A DNA stretch of 64,000 nucleotides from Tricharina praecox (taxonomy: Eukaryota), in contig NW_026250411.1 in the NCBI RefSeq assembly GCF_024521635.1, forward strand, positions 248,001 through 312,000, written 5' to 3'. Shown piece by piece: positions 62,621-64,000 of this stretch. How positions within the stretch are numbered: the stretch's first letter is position 1; every line of letters begins with the position of its first letter. The notes under the pieces are model-generated. The model saw only the letters and a program-made list of their open reading frames with translations, was not told where the DNA came from and ran no database searches. The position numbers and the translations under genes are program-made.

Positions 62621-63843
62621 ATGGACGGCTCCTCCCCCGTCACCTCCACAGACGCTCGCCGCTACAGCGATAAGCGGGACTATAGTAAATACCGCCGCAG
62701 CGTTCCGGACCATTCAAATGATTTCCCGCCCGCGCTCATGTCTTCTTCGCCCCAAGAGGAGAAGCCCAACCCATTCACCGAAGCTGAGGGAGACTCCGCT
62801 ATCAAGCCAGTTGCCTCGCCGCCGTCCCCCGGAGCATCCGGAGCTCATCAGTCGCAGGGAGCATCCGGAGCTCGTCAGTCGCAGGATTACTTCGATTCCA
62901 AGGCCCGCAGGGCTTCAAATGTCACGGATACCTTCATCCGCACCGTGGAGCAGCTGAAATCGAGTGGTACCATGTATCCGACGATCCTCTCGAGCCCGGA
63001 AACCCTATCGGTTCATGTTCTGGACAAGGCCGCCCCGGTACTCTACATCCACACCGCGATGTACCACCTATTTGAATTCAAGATGCCGATCGTGGACGAC
63101 ACGATCACCTTTCCGACCATCAGCATTGATGCCACCTCGATGGTGCTCCGCTACTGCTACAACAATGCGAAGCTCGCTAGTCAAGATCTGGAGGGCCTCC
63201 CGATCGGCACCGTCACGGAGCTTTACCTTCTCGCTAGCCGTCTCAAGCTCACCCAGTTTGCGTATTGTGCCCTCAATGTGCTTGAGGCAAAGCTCGACGA
63301 TGCCGATATCGCGGAGCTCTGTGAGTACACTGTCGCCAAGATCCGTCTCGACTTAGAGGAAATCCCGGACTTCTGGGCCGATATGATTCCCGCGCCCATT
63401 GAGGTTTGGATGGACAACTGTAAGTGCTATAATTCAAGCTACCTATCCGTCATCGTCGAATGCATGCTGATTCGAGTATAGACCCCCTGCTGTGTGAAGC
63501 TTTCAAGATTGCCAAGATCAATTCACCGATTTTGCGCATCATGGAGACGTACCCCGGCTTCGCCCTCGGACTTATTAACGGCGTTCACGAGAAGAAGAGG
63601 CAAGACAAGGAGGAGGCTATGGAGGCTGCTGCTGCGAGGTTAGAGGCAAAGGCCAAGGAGGATGCCCAGAAGGCCGCCCAGAAGGCCGCCGAGAAGGCCG
63701 CCGAGAAGGCCGCCGAGAAGGCCGCTGTGAAGACTCCCCGGACTGGAAACGGCAAGGCCCCCGGTCGCAACACCGTAAAGACCGAAGCCTCGGGTGCCGA
63801 CAAGCAGGCAGGTAAAAAAAGGAGGTTGGCCCAGAACAAATGA
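62621..63843 (+). CDS. BTB/POZ-like domain protein with Lys/Ala-rich C-terminal tail, ~386 aa
   Basis: Exons 62621-63419 and 63482-63843; intron GTAAGT...GCTGAT...TAG. Divergent BTB-like pattern LSVHV...LYIHTAM...ITFPTI...SMVLRYCY...ELYLLASRLKL..FAYCAL. Tandem (E/Q)KAA repeats and a terminal KKRR NLS-like motif. Confidence 0.7.
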
Positions 63844-64000
63844 GCCTTCTTGTGATAGGGGACTTACCCAGTTTCAATGGGCTTTCTTGTGATATGGTGG
63901 AGTTTGATCGGTACCTTTTGTCTGCTTCAAGTGATTGATACTTGGGGGTTTCGGGACTTCTTTCTTTATTCTTTCTTTCTTTTTTTCTACATGTACTACC

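Overview
Eukaryotic (filamentous ascomycete) genomic DNA. It has short GT-AG introns with CTRAC branch points and very long, microsatellite-rich intergenic regions; a Pezizomycetes-like origin is only my inference. I reconstructed 13 spliced protein-coding genes by hand: IMP4 (partial, running off the left edge, divergent from UPF1), UPF1/NAM7, a disordered coiled-coil hypothetical protein, a mitochondrial thioredoxin-fold protein, MIC10, a CENP-B/Abp1-type double-HTH protein with no DDE domain, URB2, an F-box-like protein, an AA9 lytic polysaccharide monooxygenase (LPMO), a GRISEA/Mac1-type copper-fist transcription factor with a probable GC-AG intron, an 8-exon membrane-anchored pepsin-fold protein lacking both catalytic aspartates, a candidate 131-aa membrane protein and a BTB-like protein. 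Also present: a PIF/Harbinger transposase relic and two diverged ~250-280 bp repeat copies in inverted orientation, ~9 kb apart, bracketing the pseudoprotease gene and the relic. I recognised no tRNA, rRNA or CRISPR. Best leads: the transposase-derived DNA-binding protein, the receptor-like pseudoprotease, the inverted-repeat-bounded segment, and the copper regulator next to a copper enzyme. All family assignments are by motif recognition, not database search.
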